Shown here: positions 8,688-16,530 of the stretch, piece by piece
Layout: each line of letters starts with the position of its first letter
How positions within the stretch are numbered: position 1 is the first letter of the stretch
NCBI GenBank assembly: GCA_038207085.1
Contig: JBBRAE010000024.1
Span: 1 to 44,680 of the forward strand
Length of the DNA: 44,680 bases
Reading direction: 5' to 3'
Origin: Armatimonadota bacterium
Lineage (GTDB): Bacteria; Armatimonadota; UBA5829; DTLH01
The notes under the pieces: model-generated
What the model saw: the letters and a program-made list of their open reading frames with translations, nothing else
What the model was told of the DNA's origin: nothing
The model's database searches: none
Made by a program: the position numbers and the translations under genes

Positions 8688-8826
8688 TGTTGGCCTGGAT
8701 CTGTGATCCGGGCCTTCTTGGCAAACAAGGGATCTGTGATCCCGGTCTTTCGATGACATCCGATCAACCGGCATCACAGATGCCTATTTGGCCCATGCGT
8801 CCCGGATTGCAAATCCGGACGAACGA
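8688..8826. repeat. Cluster of REP-like palindromes between decoration and capsid genes
   Basis: GGATCTGTGATCC twice, GGCATCACAGATGCC, and CCGGATTGCAAATCCGG (similar to GGGATTTGCAATCCC at ~31583). Confidence 0.55.
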
Positions 8827-8838
8827 AACCCCCATCCC

Positions 8839-9255
8839 CTAGCTCGCGTAGCGGTCGATTTTCACCCTGACGGTATTCGCATCGATCGACTCAACGCAGA
8901 TACCGGCCTTGAGGTTGTTGCTTGTAGCCGCGTCTGTGATGGTCTGGTTGTCGACGACCTTGAACTCGACTCCGACGTCGGTCTGCGCCCCGTTTCCGCC
9001 TCCGTCGACGAATACGAAGGTGCCTCGGTTCTCAACTCTGATCTCTTTGTCGCCCGCCGAGCCTGTCGAGTTGTCGACGGTCTCATAGGCGACCCCCGCG
9101 AACGTCTCACTCGCCGCATCGGTCGCGTTGGTCGCGAACCCCGCGGCGTTGATGTTCACGAGCGCCCCCTTGGGGATCTTGACGGCGGCCATCTTGTAAC
9201 TGATAAGCTCACCGTCCTTGCGTTTGGATTCTCTTGCGTTTGTGGTTGCTGTCAT
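8839..9255 (-). CDS. Capsid decoration/cement protein (start trimmed to ATG 9255)
   Basis: AAVKIPKGALVNINAAGFA, FAGVA.E.VDNS.G.AGD, TDVG..DNQT pattern of genes adjacent to Mu-type MCPs; SD GAAAGGAG. Confidence 0.78.
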   Translation of the reverse strand: MTATTNARESKRKDGELISYKMAAVKIPKGALVNINAAGFATNATDAASETFAGVAYETVDNSTGSAGDKEIRVENRGTFVFVDGGGNGAQTDVGVEFKVVDNQTITDAATSNNLKAGICVESIDANTVRVKIDRYAS

Positions 9256-9277
9256 GGTATGCTCCTTTCGAGTGTAT

Positions 9278-9331
9278 AGCTGACAGCTTTCAGCAGTCAG
9301 CTTTTGGAGTGCGGCGCGCAAGCGCCACTTT
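9278..9331. repeat. Heptamer remnant plus REP-like palindrome
   Basis: AGCTGAC AGCTTTC AGCAGTC AGC, then TTGGAGTGCGGCGCGCAAGCGCCACTTT. Confidence 0.5.
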
Positions 9332-9493
9332 CTCATTAGTGACAATCCAGTTGATCGCCAATTATCTGCCATTCTTCATAGCCCGAGCAATCGCCTGCCG
9401 TCAAACTCAAAACTCGTGACTCTCTCAAGTTCCCCTCCAAACGTGGCATAATCTAGAATGGCAACCACAGAGTTGCGCGAGGAGGTGAGCAGT

Positions 9494-10438
9494 TTGAAAC
9501 GATCGTCCGATACTGCTTCGATAAGAGACCGGAAGCTCGACGTTGAGCCGGTGCTCGAACAGCTTTCGCAGATAGTGCAAGTCGACCTGCTCCAGCTGGC
9601 CCAGGACACACTCTCGTCGGCCATCGGAGTGCCCATTCTCTTTGTCGCCCCCGACGGCTCACCGATCACCAAGTCCGACCAAATGGACTCGTTTTGCTGG
9701 CATGTCGCCAAAAAGACCTGCGCACAGGAACCGTGCCGCGACTGCGACAGACTGCAGAACGCGGCGAAGTTTCACTGCCCGATGGATATCCGCGACGTAA
9801 TCCTGCCGATCGAGGCGGGTGATATCGTCGTCGGCTACCTGATCGCCTCACAGGCCGCTTCAGAACGGCTCGATGACGCGACCCCCGCGCTTTCGATGCT
9901 CGCCGCGATGGTCTCCAGGCTCGCAACTGCCGAGCGGGAGAACATCTTCGGTCGCATCCGGGACCCGCTGACAGGCCTTGCAAGCCGGGCGCACTTCTGG
10001 GAGTGCCTCACCCGAGAGCTTGAGGTCGCCGACACCTACCATTATCCCGTTTCAGTGCTCGTGTTCGACCTAGACGACTTCAAGAGCGTCAACAGCGTCT
10101 ACGGGCACGACATGGGCGACCGGGTGCTTAGAACCGTCGGCGAGATACTGCGAAAAGAGATTCGCACAACCGACATAGCCGCGCGTTACAGCGGGGACTC
10201 GTTTCTGGTGATGCTCAGATGCGCCGACCCAATCGGGGCCGAAGCCGTCGCATGGCGGATACTGAACAAGCTCAACGACATAAAACTGACGGCCCGCGGG
10301 CAGCTTGTGCCTGTCGCGGCAAGCGTCGGTATGGTCACATACCCCGCATGCGCCGCTCGCGAGCCTGATGCCATCTTCAAAGAAGCCCTCACCTCGCTCA
10401 CCCAAACACGGGGATGCGAGCTGCGAGTGGCAAGCTAA
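9494..10438 (+). CDS. PocR-sensor + degenerate GGDEF-domain protein (ORF open from 9458; TTG 9494 has SD GGAGGT)
   Basis: PocR-like Cys pattern (FC..C..HCP..LPI..G.VVGYL); DPLTGL, DLDDFKSVN..GH..GD; I-site RTTD; A-site SGDSF. Confidence 0.85.
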   Translation: MKRSSDTASIRDRKLDVEPVLEQLSQIVQVDLLQLAQDTLSSAIGVPILFVAPDGSPITKSDQMDSFCWHVAKKTCAQEPCRDCDRLQNAAKFHCPMDIRDVILPIEAGDIVVGYLIASQAASERLDDATPALSMLAAMVSRLATAERENIFGRIRDPLTGLASRAHFWECLTRELEVADTYHYPVSVLVFDLDDFKSVNSVYGHDMGDRVLRTVGEILRKEIRTTDIAARYSGDSFLVMLRCADPIGAEAVAWRILNKLNDIKLTARGQLVPVAASVGMVTYPACAAREPDAIFKEALTSLTQTRGCELRVAS

Positions 10439-10505
10439 CGACTTCGAACCGGGGGCTCAGGGCCGGGGACCAACATCCCCCTCCCAGAGCCTCCGATCCA
10501 GCACA

Positions 10506-10844
10506 CTACTCCACAAGCGTCACTGACACCTTGAAGTCTCCGGACGACCCGCCGTTGTTCTTCACGGAAAGACGGAACGAAGTCCCAGCGCTAAGCTCGT
10601 AATCGGTCTCGCTGCGCAGCCCGTCCGCGGTCGCTTCACCGAGACTGACGGCCAGGATTTCGGTCCCCAGCGAACCATCCGCCCCGCGCCTCTGGATCGT
10701 CACGTCGCATGCCTGCTCCGCCTCGACCCTGAGGATCAGCTTGCCGACCCACCAGTAACCATCAAGCCAGCTGGAGCATGCCTTGCCACCCGCGGCCAAG
10801 TCGTTCACCACAAGAACGTTTACCAACTCCTGATAACCTCTCAT
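10506..10844 (-). CDS. Hypothetical beta-rich protein within the head module
   Basis: Strong SD AGGAGGTG; co-oriented with head genes; no recognised family. Confidence 0.7.
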   Translation of the reverse strand: MRGYQELVNVLVVNDLAAGGKACSSWLDGYWWVGKLILRVEAEQACDVTIQRRGADGSLGTEILAVSLGEATADGLRSETDYELSAGTSFRLSVKNNGGSSGDFKVSVTLVE

Positions 10845-10870
10845 AGAATCACCTCCTTTCGGTTTGGGGT

Positions 10871-10900
10871 TTCAGATTTGAGATTGCAGATTGCAGATTG
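10871..10900. repeat. Heptamer tandem repeat
   Basis: TTCAGAT TTGAGAT TGCAGAT TGCAGAT TG. Confidence 0.6.
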
Positions 10901-10923
10901 TGTGCAGGCATTGACACCTGCTT

Positions 10924-11292
10924 TTAGCGCCCTTTCTGCCGCGCGACAGCCTCCGGGCTCACCCCGAGCTTCGCGTAGAACTCACGTTCCTCGTCGGTCA
11001 TCTGGGATAGCTCCTTCGCCCCTTCCGCAAGCTCTGAGAACTCGACGACTTTGGGCTGCGACAGAAGGAACTCCGCGAACACCCCCGCGACGGGCTTCTC
11101 GCTTCCGTCGGAGAAGTTCACGACATGCGCCTCCCCGGCGGAAAGGAGCGCCCGCGCAAGGTCCTCGGACGCCGGAACGAGCTTGCCGGCGCGCTTGAGC
11201 GAGTCGATCTGCCCATCCACCTCGCGGGCCCGAAGCTGCCGCTCAAGCTCATCTATCCTCTTTGAAAACTCAACTGATTTTGCCTCTGACAT
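10924..11292 (-). CDS. Putative nested in-frame scaffolding protein
   Basis: Internal GAAGGAGAAGAAGAT-ATG at the protease/coiled-coil boundary. Confidence 0.55.
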   Translation of the reverse strand: MSEAKSVEFSKRIDELERQLRAREVDGQIDSLKRAGKLVPASEDLARALLSAGEAHVVNFSDGSEKPVAGVFAEFLLSQPKVVEFSELAEGAKELSQMTDEEREFYAKLGVSPEAVARQKGR

Positions 11293-11922
11293 ATCTTCTT
11301 CTCCTTCATCTATATCGAACTGAAACTCAACTACGTCTGCCGAAAACACCACCGCTCCCGCCACCCTTGGGGTGCGCACCAGGCTCACTTCGGTAAGCTC
11401 GGACTTGTCGCGTTTGATCGCCGCCGACAGCTTTTTCGCCCCGCATGCGTCCACCAGCGCCCAGGCCGGTGCGGTAAAAGCGAGCCGCCCGAAGAGGTCG
11501 CGGCCTTTGCGCCAGATGCGGGTGACTATACCAAGCTCAAGCGGCGTGTCGGTGTGCTCGATCTTGATCGGCACCGGGCGCTGCCGCTCGACCATACGAT
11601 CAAGGTCCTCTTCGGTCACCTCGATGCCGCGATCGGGATATTCCCCTGCCGTAAACAGCCGCGCCTCCCGCTCGACGACCTCCTCAGTGAGCTTCACACC
11701 GAACTTCCCGGCAGCCTCCGCGATCCGGGACTTGATCGTCTCAAGCTCGGTCACGCTGTAGAACATTGCGTTTCGAGGGATGTGCACCCTCGCCCAAGCC
11801 GCCCGGACCCGCTCGGGGGTATCGATCGGATACCTGTTGTTCACGGGGTCAGCAAACTCGACCTCGCCATACTTTCTCACCCCATCCCTGGGGTCAATGT
11901 CATCTCTTTTTTGAATGTTCAA
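10924..11922 (-). CDS. Prohead protease-scaffold (Mu gpI-like) with N-terminal DUF6582-like domain (TTG start 11922)
   Basis: FADP..RYPIDT.ERVRAAW N-domain; LF.AGEY..VTEEDLDRMV..VPIKIEH..G..KKLS..VSLVRTP protease core; coiled-coil C-terminus; SD AAAGGA. Confidence 0.8.
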   Translation of the reverse strand: MNIQKRDDIDPRDGVRKYGEVEFADPVNNRYPIDTPERVRAAWARVHIPRNAMFYSVTELETIKSRIAEAAGKFGVKLTEEVVEREARLFTAGEYPDRGIEVTEEDLDRMVERQRPVPIKIEHTDTPLELGIVTRIWRKGRDLFGRLAFTAPAWALVDACGAKKLSAAIKRDKSELTEVSLVRTPRVAGAVVFSADVVEFQFDIDEGEEDMSEAKSVEFSKRIDELERQLRAREVDGQIDSLKRAGKLVPASEDLARALLSAGEAHVVNFSDGSEKPVAGVFAEFLLSQPKVVEFSELAEGAKELSQMTDEEREFYAKLGVSPEAVARQKGR

Positions 11923-11953
11923 TGGTGTTCCTTTCGTAAGGGTAGTTTGAGTA

Positions 11954-12090
11954 GAGCGCACGTTTCGAGAGCCTCAACGTGATTGGTTTTGGATTGATCT
12001 ATATGTGAGGGATTGGTGGTAGCGGTACAATCCCTCATATCTCCACCCAAGCCAGACCATATCACCCTGAGGCTCTCGAAGGGTGCGCTC
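11954..12090. repeat. REP doublet/MITE family B, copy 1
   Basis: ~29-bp imperfect terminal inverted repeats GAGCGCAC..TTCGAGAGCCTCA..GTGA; homologous copy 36179-36306; half-site near 1125-1151. Confidence 0.8.
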
Positions 12091-12124
12091 CACTAATCAA
12101 AGGACGTACTACAGACTCCGGAAG

Positions 12125-13309
12125 CTAATCCCCGCACGGAATCTCCAAATACTCCCTGATCCACCCCTCGTCGGGCGCAACGACACCGCCTGAGACAAGC
12201 TTCGTCACCACGTCGGCCAGAAGTGTCAGGTCGCGCTCCCTAAGAGTCCCAAGCGAGAACGTGGGGTAGCTCTCGGTCTTGAAGTTATAATCGACGAGCC
12301 GACGAATCAACTGCTCGCCCATCACCGACTCCTCCAAATCACGCTTGATCTTCTCAAGCGTCATGCGAAGCACGTCCATGTGCACCTTGGCAAGCGCGAA
12401 CGAGCCAAACCGCATCCCCTCGTCGGTCGTCAGCGTCTGCCCGAGGATGGACTTTGCGATCTGCCGGTCGTGATACTCGATCGCCTGGAGGTAGCCAAGT
12501 TCGCCGCCCCTCTGGGCCTCCATAAGCTCGATCTTGATGTCCTGCGGAAGCACAATCGCCGTCTCCTGCTGGATCCGGTCGAGCACCTTCAAAAGGTCGT
12601 CCTGCTGCGATTTCGGCGTGCCCCGGGTATAGCTCCCAAGCACCGTCGGCGCGCCATACTTCTCCAAATAGATATTGTAGAACTTGAGAATCACGTCCTT
12701 GCTCCACCAGTGCCGGTACGCCGAACGCAGGTCGCTTGACCCGTAGGGCGACTCATAGCGCGGCATATAGGTGTAGAGCAAAAACTTCTCCGCCGGGAGC
12801 TTCTTTTCGCGCCCAGGCGACTGATAAAGCCCGGTCATATTCAAAAACTCATCGGTCTCGAACGTAACCGAGGTCGGGTCCTTGCTCTTGATCGAGTCAA
12901 GCCCGATCATCCCCTCAAACGCCCCCCGCTCGATCACCTTGTAGTTGATCTCAGAGATCGAATACCCCTTGGCAACGGCGTCGAGGGTATTGTAGAGCAC
13001 GTCGATCATCGCCCCGCGCATATCGGCCAGGCAGAACTCTACGAACTTCGCGATCCACTGGTCCTCCTTGTGGCTAGACGCCGGAACGACCCTCCACCCC
13101 CGCGAGAGAATCGAGAGTTTCTTGATACTCAGGCACGCCCGCACCTGCGAGTCCCCCTGCATCCGGTCATACACTTCGTAGCCGCGCGAGGCGACCAGGT
13201 CATCGGGATTGGCCGGCCCGATCCGCCCAAACGCCCCCGCGAGCCGGTCGGCGACGGCAGTCTCGACCAGCCTTGGCCGACGAATGATTGATTTCAGCTT
13301 TGTAAGCAT
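12125..13309 (-). CDS. Phage portal protein, DUF935/Mu gp29 family (start trimmed to ATG 13309)
   Basis: YDRM..DSQV, LDAVAKGYSISEI, PYGSSDLR, LEKYGAP, IAKSILGQTLTT, GSFALAKVH; SD AAGGAG. Confidence 0.92.
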   Translation of the reverse strand: MLTKLKSIIRRPRLVETAVADRLAGAFGRIGPANPDDLVASRGYEVYDRMQGDSQVRACLSIKKLSILSRGWRVVPASSHKEDQWIAKFVEFCLADMRGAMIDVLYNTLDAVAKGYSISEINYKVIERGAFEGMIGLDSIKSKDPTSVTFETDEFLNMTGLYQSPGREKKLPAEKFLLYTYMPRYESPYGSSDLRSAYRHWWSKDVILKFYNIYLEKYGAPTVLGSYTRGTPKSQQDDLLKVLDRIQQETAIVLPQDIKIELMEAQRGGELGYLQAIEYHDRQIAKSILGQTLTTDEGMRFGSFALAKVHMDVLRMTLEKIKRDLEESVMGEQLIRRLVDYNFKTESYPTFSLGTLRERDLTLLADVVTKLVSGGVVAPDEGWIREYLEIPCGD

Positions 13310-13346
13310 AGATACTCCTTTCGTAGTTGTGAATATCTGATAGGCA

Positions 13347-13446
13347 TGTTGGTCGGGGGAATCCGTCCCTCGACCCCGTTCCGCTGATTCTGTCCGCCCG
13401 AACATGGACCGGCTAACGCCGTAGGGGCGGACCAGTGTGTCCGCCC
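13347..13446. repeat. REP family C copy plus GTAG-type REP
   Basis: 13347-13398 nearly identical to 39064-39115; GTAGGGGCGGACCAGTGTGTCCGCCC at 13421-13446. Confidence 0.75.
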
Positions 13447-13583
13447 TTCTCTGGGCGTGCGGTAAATACGCCACCAGCCGATAAATCCCCCGTCGCCGGG
13501 GCACGATCCTTCACTATCATTCAAGATGACAGTTTGGCAAGCCCAATCACCCGCGATATCCGCCCGTTCCGCGCCTCCGCGAT

Positions 13584-14897
13584 TCAGGAAACGCTCTGAC
13601 TTGCAACCCGCAATTTACTCCCCGCCAAGAACCTAGCAGGTCCCCCCGCGCTCTTCCCCTGCCACTCAGCAAGCGCGAGCGCGACGACCAGGTCGTCGGT
13701 ATAGCCGCTCCGGGCGTTCATCCGCACGTTCCCCGAGGTCGTAAGCTCATACTCGAAGTACTGAAGCTCGCGGACGAGCTGTTCGTCGTCTGGAATCGCG
13801 GTCTCACCGGCTGAGAGCCGCACGACGAGGTTGTCGATGATCTCGCGCTTACTCGCATTGGTGAAGGCCATCCCCTCGATCGCCATCCCGGCTCCCTTCT
13901 CCCAAACGCAGCGCCGCAGCTGCTCAAGCAGCGGGTCGCCGATCGAGGTCTGATCGGTAAGCACCTCGCTTACCCCGCAGCCGATCAGAATCGACGCCAC
14001 CCGCTCCACCTGCGCCTCCCAGGAAAGCTTGTGGAAGCGGTCCATCGCAACCACCCTGTGAGGCGTCTCCGAGGCATCGAGCACGATCACCGTCGTATAG
14101 TCCGAGTAGCGCGCCCAATCGACCCCCGCGACAAGCCAAGGCTCATCCGACACATAAGTTTCCCGCCCAAGCCCGACCGCACGCTCGATCGTCTCCCAGG
14201 GGAATACCGAGGCCTGATCGTCCAGAAACTCAGCCTCATACTCCACCGAAAACTGCCGGGGAGTGATCACCCCGCGCTGGAACTCGATATACTCCCCGCT
14301 CACAAACGGGTTGGTCCGGGAAGGAAACCTATGGGCAGAATAGCGCCCGTCTCCTCCATTGCCACGAGCAAACGCGCGGTAGAAGTGGTTCTTGCCCCAG
14401 GGCGTCGAGATCATCACGAGCTGCCCATTTCGGTCTGCGAGCATCGGGCTGATCACCTCCTCGACCACCGCGTCCCGAACGTACGCCGCCTCATCGACGA
14501 TCACCCGGTCGGCTGAGTGGCCCCTCAGGTTTCGCCCGTCGTCGTCTGCGGTGCGCGCCGTGATCTCGCTTCGATTGATCCTAAGCCTGGGGAAAGGCGT
14601 CCGGGTCACTTTGGACACCCTGCGAGTGACCGCGCGACCCATCACCAGGCGCTCCACCGTGTCAAAGATCAGGCGGCTCTGGTCGCAGGTCGGAGCGACG
14701 ATCATCTGGGCCGAGCCCGGGCAGGCTAGTGCAAAGGTCGCCGCGTCCACCGCCGCCGCCTCGGTCTTACCCCAGCGACGGCCGCACGCCGCGACCTTCA
14801 CACGCGCATCGTCGACCATCCACTGCTTCTGAGTAGGATGAGGCCGCCAGCCAAAGAACAGGCGGGCCATCCCAAGCCTCGCATCAGCGCTAACCAT
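13584..14897 (-). CDS. terL: Terminase large subunit
   Basis: Walker A GRRWGKT, Walker B VIVDEAAY, coupling motif ISTP, nuclease GVDWA..DYT and DDLVVALALA; all intact. Confidence 0.95.
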   Translation of the reverse strand: MVSADARLGMARLFFGWRPHPTQKQWMVDDARVKVAACGRRWGKTEAAAVDAATFALACPGSAQMIVAPTCDQSRLIFDTVERLVMGRAVTRRVSKVTRTPFPRLRINRSEITARTADDDGRNLRGHSADRVIVDEAAYVRDAVVEEVISPMLADRNGQLVMISTPWGKNHFYRAFARGNGGDGRYSAHRFPSRTNPFVSGEYIEFQRGVITPRQFSVEYEAEFLDDQASVFPWETIERAVGLGRETYVSDEPWLVAGVDWARYSDYTTVIVLDASETPHRVVAMDRFHKLSWEAQVERVASILIGCGVSEVLTDQTSIGDPLLEQLRRCVWEKGAGMAIEGMAFTNASKREIIDNLVVRLSAGETAIPDDEQLVRELQYFEYELTTSGNVRMNARSGYTDDLVVALALAEWQGKSAGGPARFLAGSKLRVASQSVS

Positions 14898-15246
14898 CGG
14901 CGCCCTCCTCGACCGCCCGGGCGATCAGCGCCTCTATCGCATCCTCAGCCCCCTCGACTCTTTCCTGAAAGGCCCCGCTTGCCTTCAGCACATCGAGCGC
15001 CGACTTTTCCGCACCTCCGTCCAGCATCTGATGGAGCCTGCGCGCCGCCTCAAGTGAGGCCCCAGCCGCGATTCTCGAAGCCGCCGCCCGTATCTGGCGT
15101 TCCTCCCCGGCAAGCGCCGCGGCAAACTGCGGCTTCTTCCTCCAGCCGTCTATCGCCTCCTGCGTTACACCGATCTCCCCCGCGACCTCCTCGTCGGTCA
15201 TCCGAAACATCAGGCGCACCGCCCGTTTCTGTTTAGCACTGAGCAT
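14890..15246 (-). CDS. Terminase small subunit (N-terminal HTH; start trimmed to ATG 15246)
   Basis: LSAKQKRA..TDEEVAGEIGVT..IDGWRKKPQF; overlaps terL start; SD GGAGG. Confidence 0.75.
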   Translation of the reverse strand: MLSAKQKRAVRLMFRMTDEEVAGEIGVTQEAIDGWRKKPQFAAALAGEERQIRAAASRIAAGASLEAARRLHQMLDGGAEKSALDVLKASGAFQERVEGAEDAIEALIARAVEEGADG

Positions 15247-15550
15247 CTGTCCCTCCAAAGTTTGTTCTCCATAATTATAAGACAACAACTCGGGCAAAAA
15301 CTGGAATCGCGAGCGTGAAATGATAGGTAAATGTTGTTCATAAATTGCGAACAGGCGGGCGAGCTTGGGCATTGGAGGATTACCCTCAATTAGTTGTCAA
15401 CTCATCGTGAACATTACGTGATCTGTTCACCACTTTGCCCAAATGAGCCCCTGGAAGTGGGACCTGGACGGGGTCAATGTCACAATTGAAGGTTTTCTTC
15501 ACAGGGGTTATTTGTTCAAAATGGGGGTAATGTAAGAAATGCTGGCTTAT

Positions 15551-15566
15551 TGGCACGCTTTATGCA
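15551..15566 (+). promoter_or_regulatory. Sigma54 -24/-12 promoter
   Basis: TGGCACGCTTTATGCA (GG-N10-GC), ~95 nt upstream of PEP-CTERM gene. Confidence 0.7.
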
Positions 15567-15659
15567 CCATACTCGCTAGTGTTTGCGTCTCCGGGGGTAA
15601 CTTTGGGGTCGCTCTTTCCCGATAACATTACTGGGGGTTTCAATACAGGAGGCTAAATA

Positions 15660-16457
15660 ATGAGGCGTGTGTCAATACTGGCTGCGTCGGCGTTTGCGGC
15701 TCTGCTTTTGCAGGGAATGAGCGTCGCCGACACCGCAAGTCCCGTCATCTGGTCGCAGACACCGGACATGGACGGGGGGCTTGCTTACTCGTCTGAGATC
15801 AAGGTGCCATCCACCGTCGCCGGCTGCTGGACATGCGGCGACGTCGACCTTGCCATCTCAAAGATCAAGTGGTGGGGCGCTTACTGGGGCGCCAATCAGG
15901 CCGGGGCCTACGCCGATGACAGCGACAGCTTGCCACTTGTTGCAGAAGGTGGCATTCAGGGGTTCACCGTCAAGCTTTGGACCAACACACCTGCGGGCAC
16001 GGGTGGCATCACCTTCGCCCGTCCCGGCACTACAGTCTGGACTTACGCTGCGACAAGCTTTACCGAATCACTCTACGGCACAACCATAAACAAGAACCGC
16101 AACGTCTACGAGTACTCGGTGGACATCGCCCAGGCGGATCGGTTCGTGCATCAGCAGGGCAGCGGCGCGAGCCAGTACTGGATCTCGATCGTGGCCGATA
16201 TGAGCAATGGCGGCACAGTCGACACCACCCGCCAGTGGGGATGGATGGAGTCGGCAAACTCCCAGTACAACGCACCGGCTGCGGTCCAGGACTACAAGGG
16301 TTCGCTTTGGAAGTCTATCGACAACAACATTTACAGCTCAGACATGAGCTTTGTCATCGAGGACAGCCCTGTCCCCGAGCCAGGCAGCTTCGCATCCCTG
16401 GCGGCAGGACTCGTCGGAATGCTCGGCATCGCATCGGGAATCAGACGACGGAGCTAA
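15660..16457 (+). CDS. PEP-CTERM exosortase-sorted surface protein
   Basis: Signal peptide; C-terminal VPEPGS + TM + RRRS; SD AGGAGG. Confidence 0.9.
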   Translation: MRRVSILAASAFAALLLQGMSVADTASPVIWSQTPDMDGGLAYSSEIKVPSTVAGCWTCGDVDLAISKIKWWGAYWGANQAGAYADDSDSLPLVAEGGIQGFTVKLWTNTPAGTGGITFARPGTTVWTYAATSFTESLYGTTINKNRNVYEYSVDIAQADRFVHQQGSGASQYWISIVADMSNGGTVDTTRQWGWMESANSQYNAPAAVQDYKGSLWKSIDNNIYSSDMSFVIEDSPVPEPGSFASLAAGLVGMLGIASGIRRRS

Positions 16458-16477
16458 CCGTAACTTAGCAGTAATAA

Positions 16478-16513
16478 ACAAAAAGACCCGGCAGCAACGC
16501 CGGGTCTTTTTGT
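16478..16513. terminator. Bidirectional intrinsic terminator
   Basis: AAAAAGACCCGGC-agcaac-GCCGGGTCTTTTT between convergent genes. Confidence 0.88.
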
Positions 16514-16530
16514 GCAAATTGATGATACCC

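Noticed and set aside
13310..13504. N-terminal extensions in the ORF track (portal, MCP, decoration, TerS, aconitase, M23)
   Set aside because: The extensions run through repeats, promoters or neighbouring genes. Downstream starts match family N-termini and mostly have clear SD sequences.
5816..15246. Intact inducible or Mu-like transposable prophage
   Set aside because: No transposase/integrase, replication, repressor or tail genes, and non-phage genes on both sides. A decayed prophage cannot be fully excluded, but no pseudogenes are visible.
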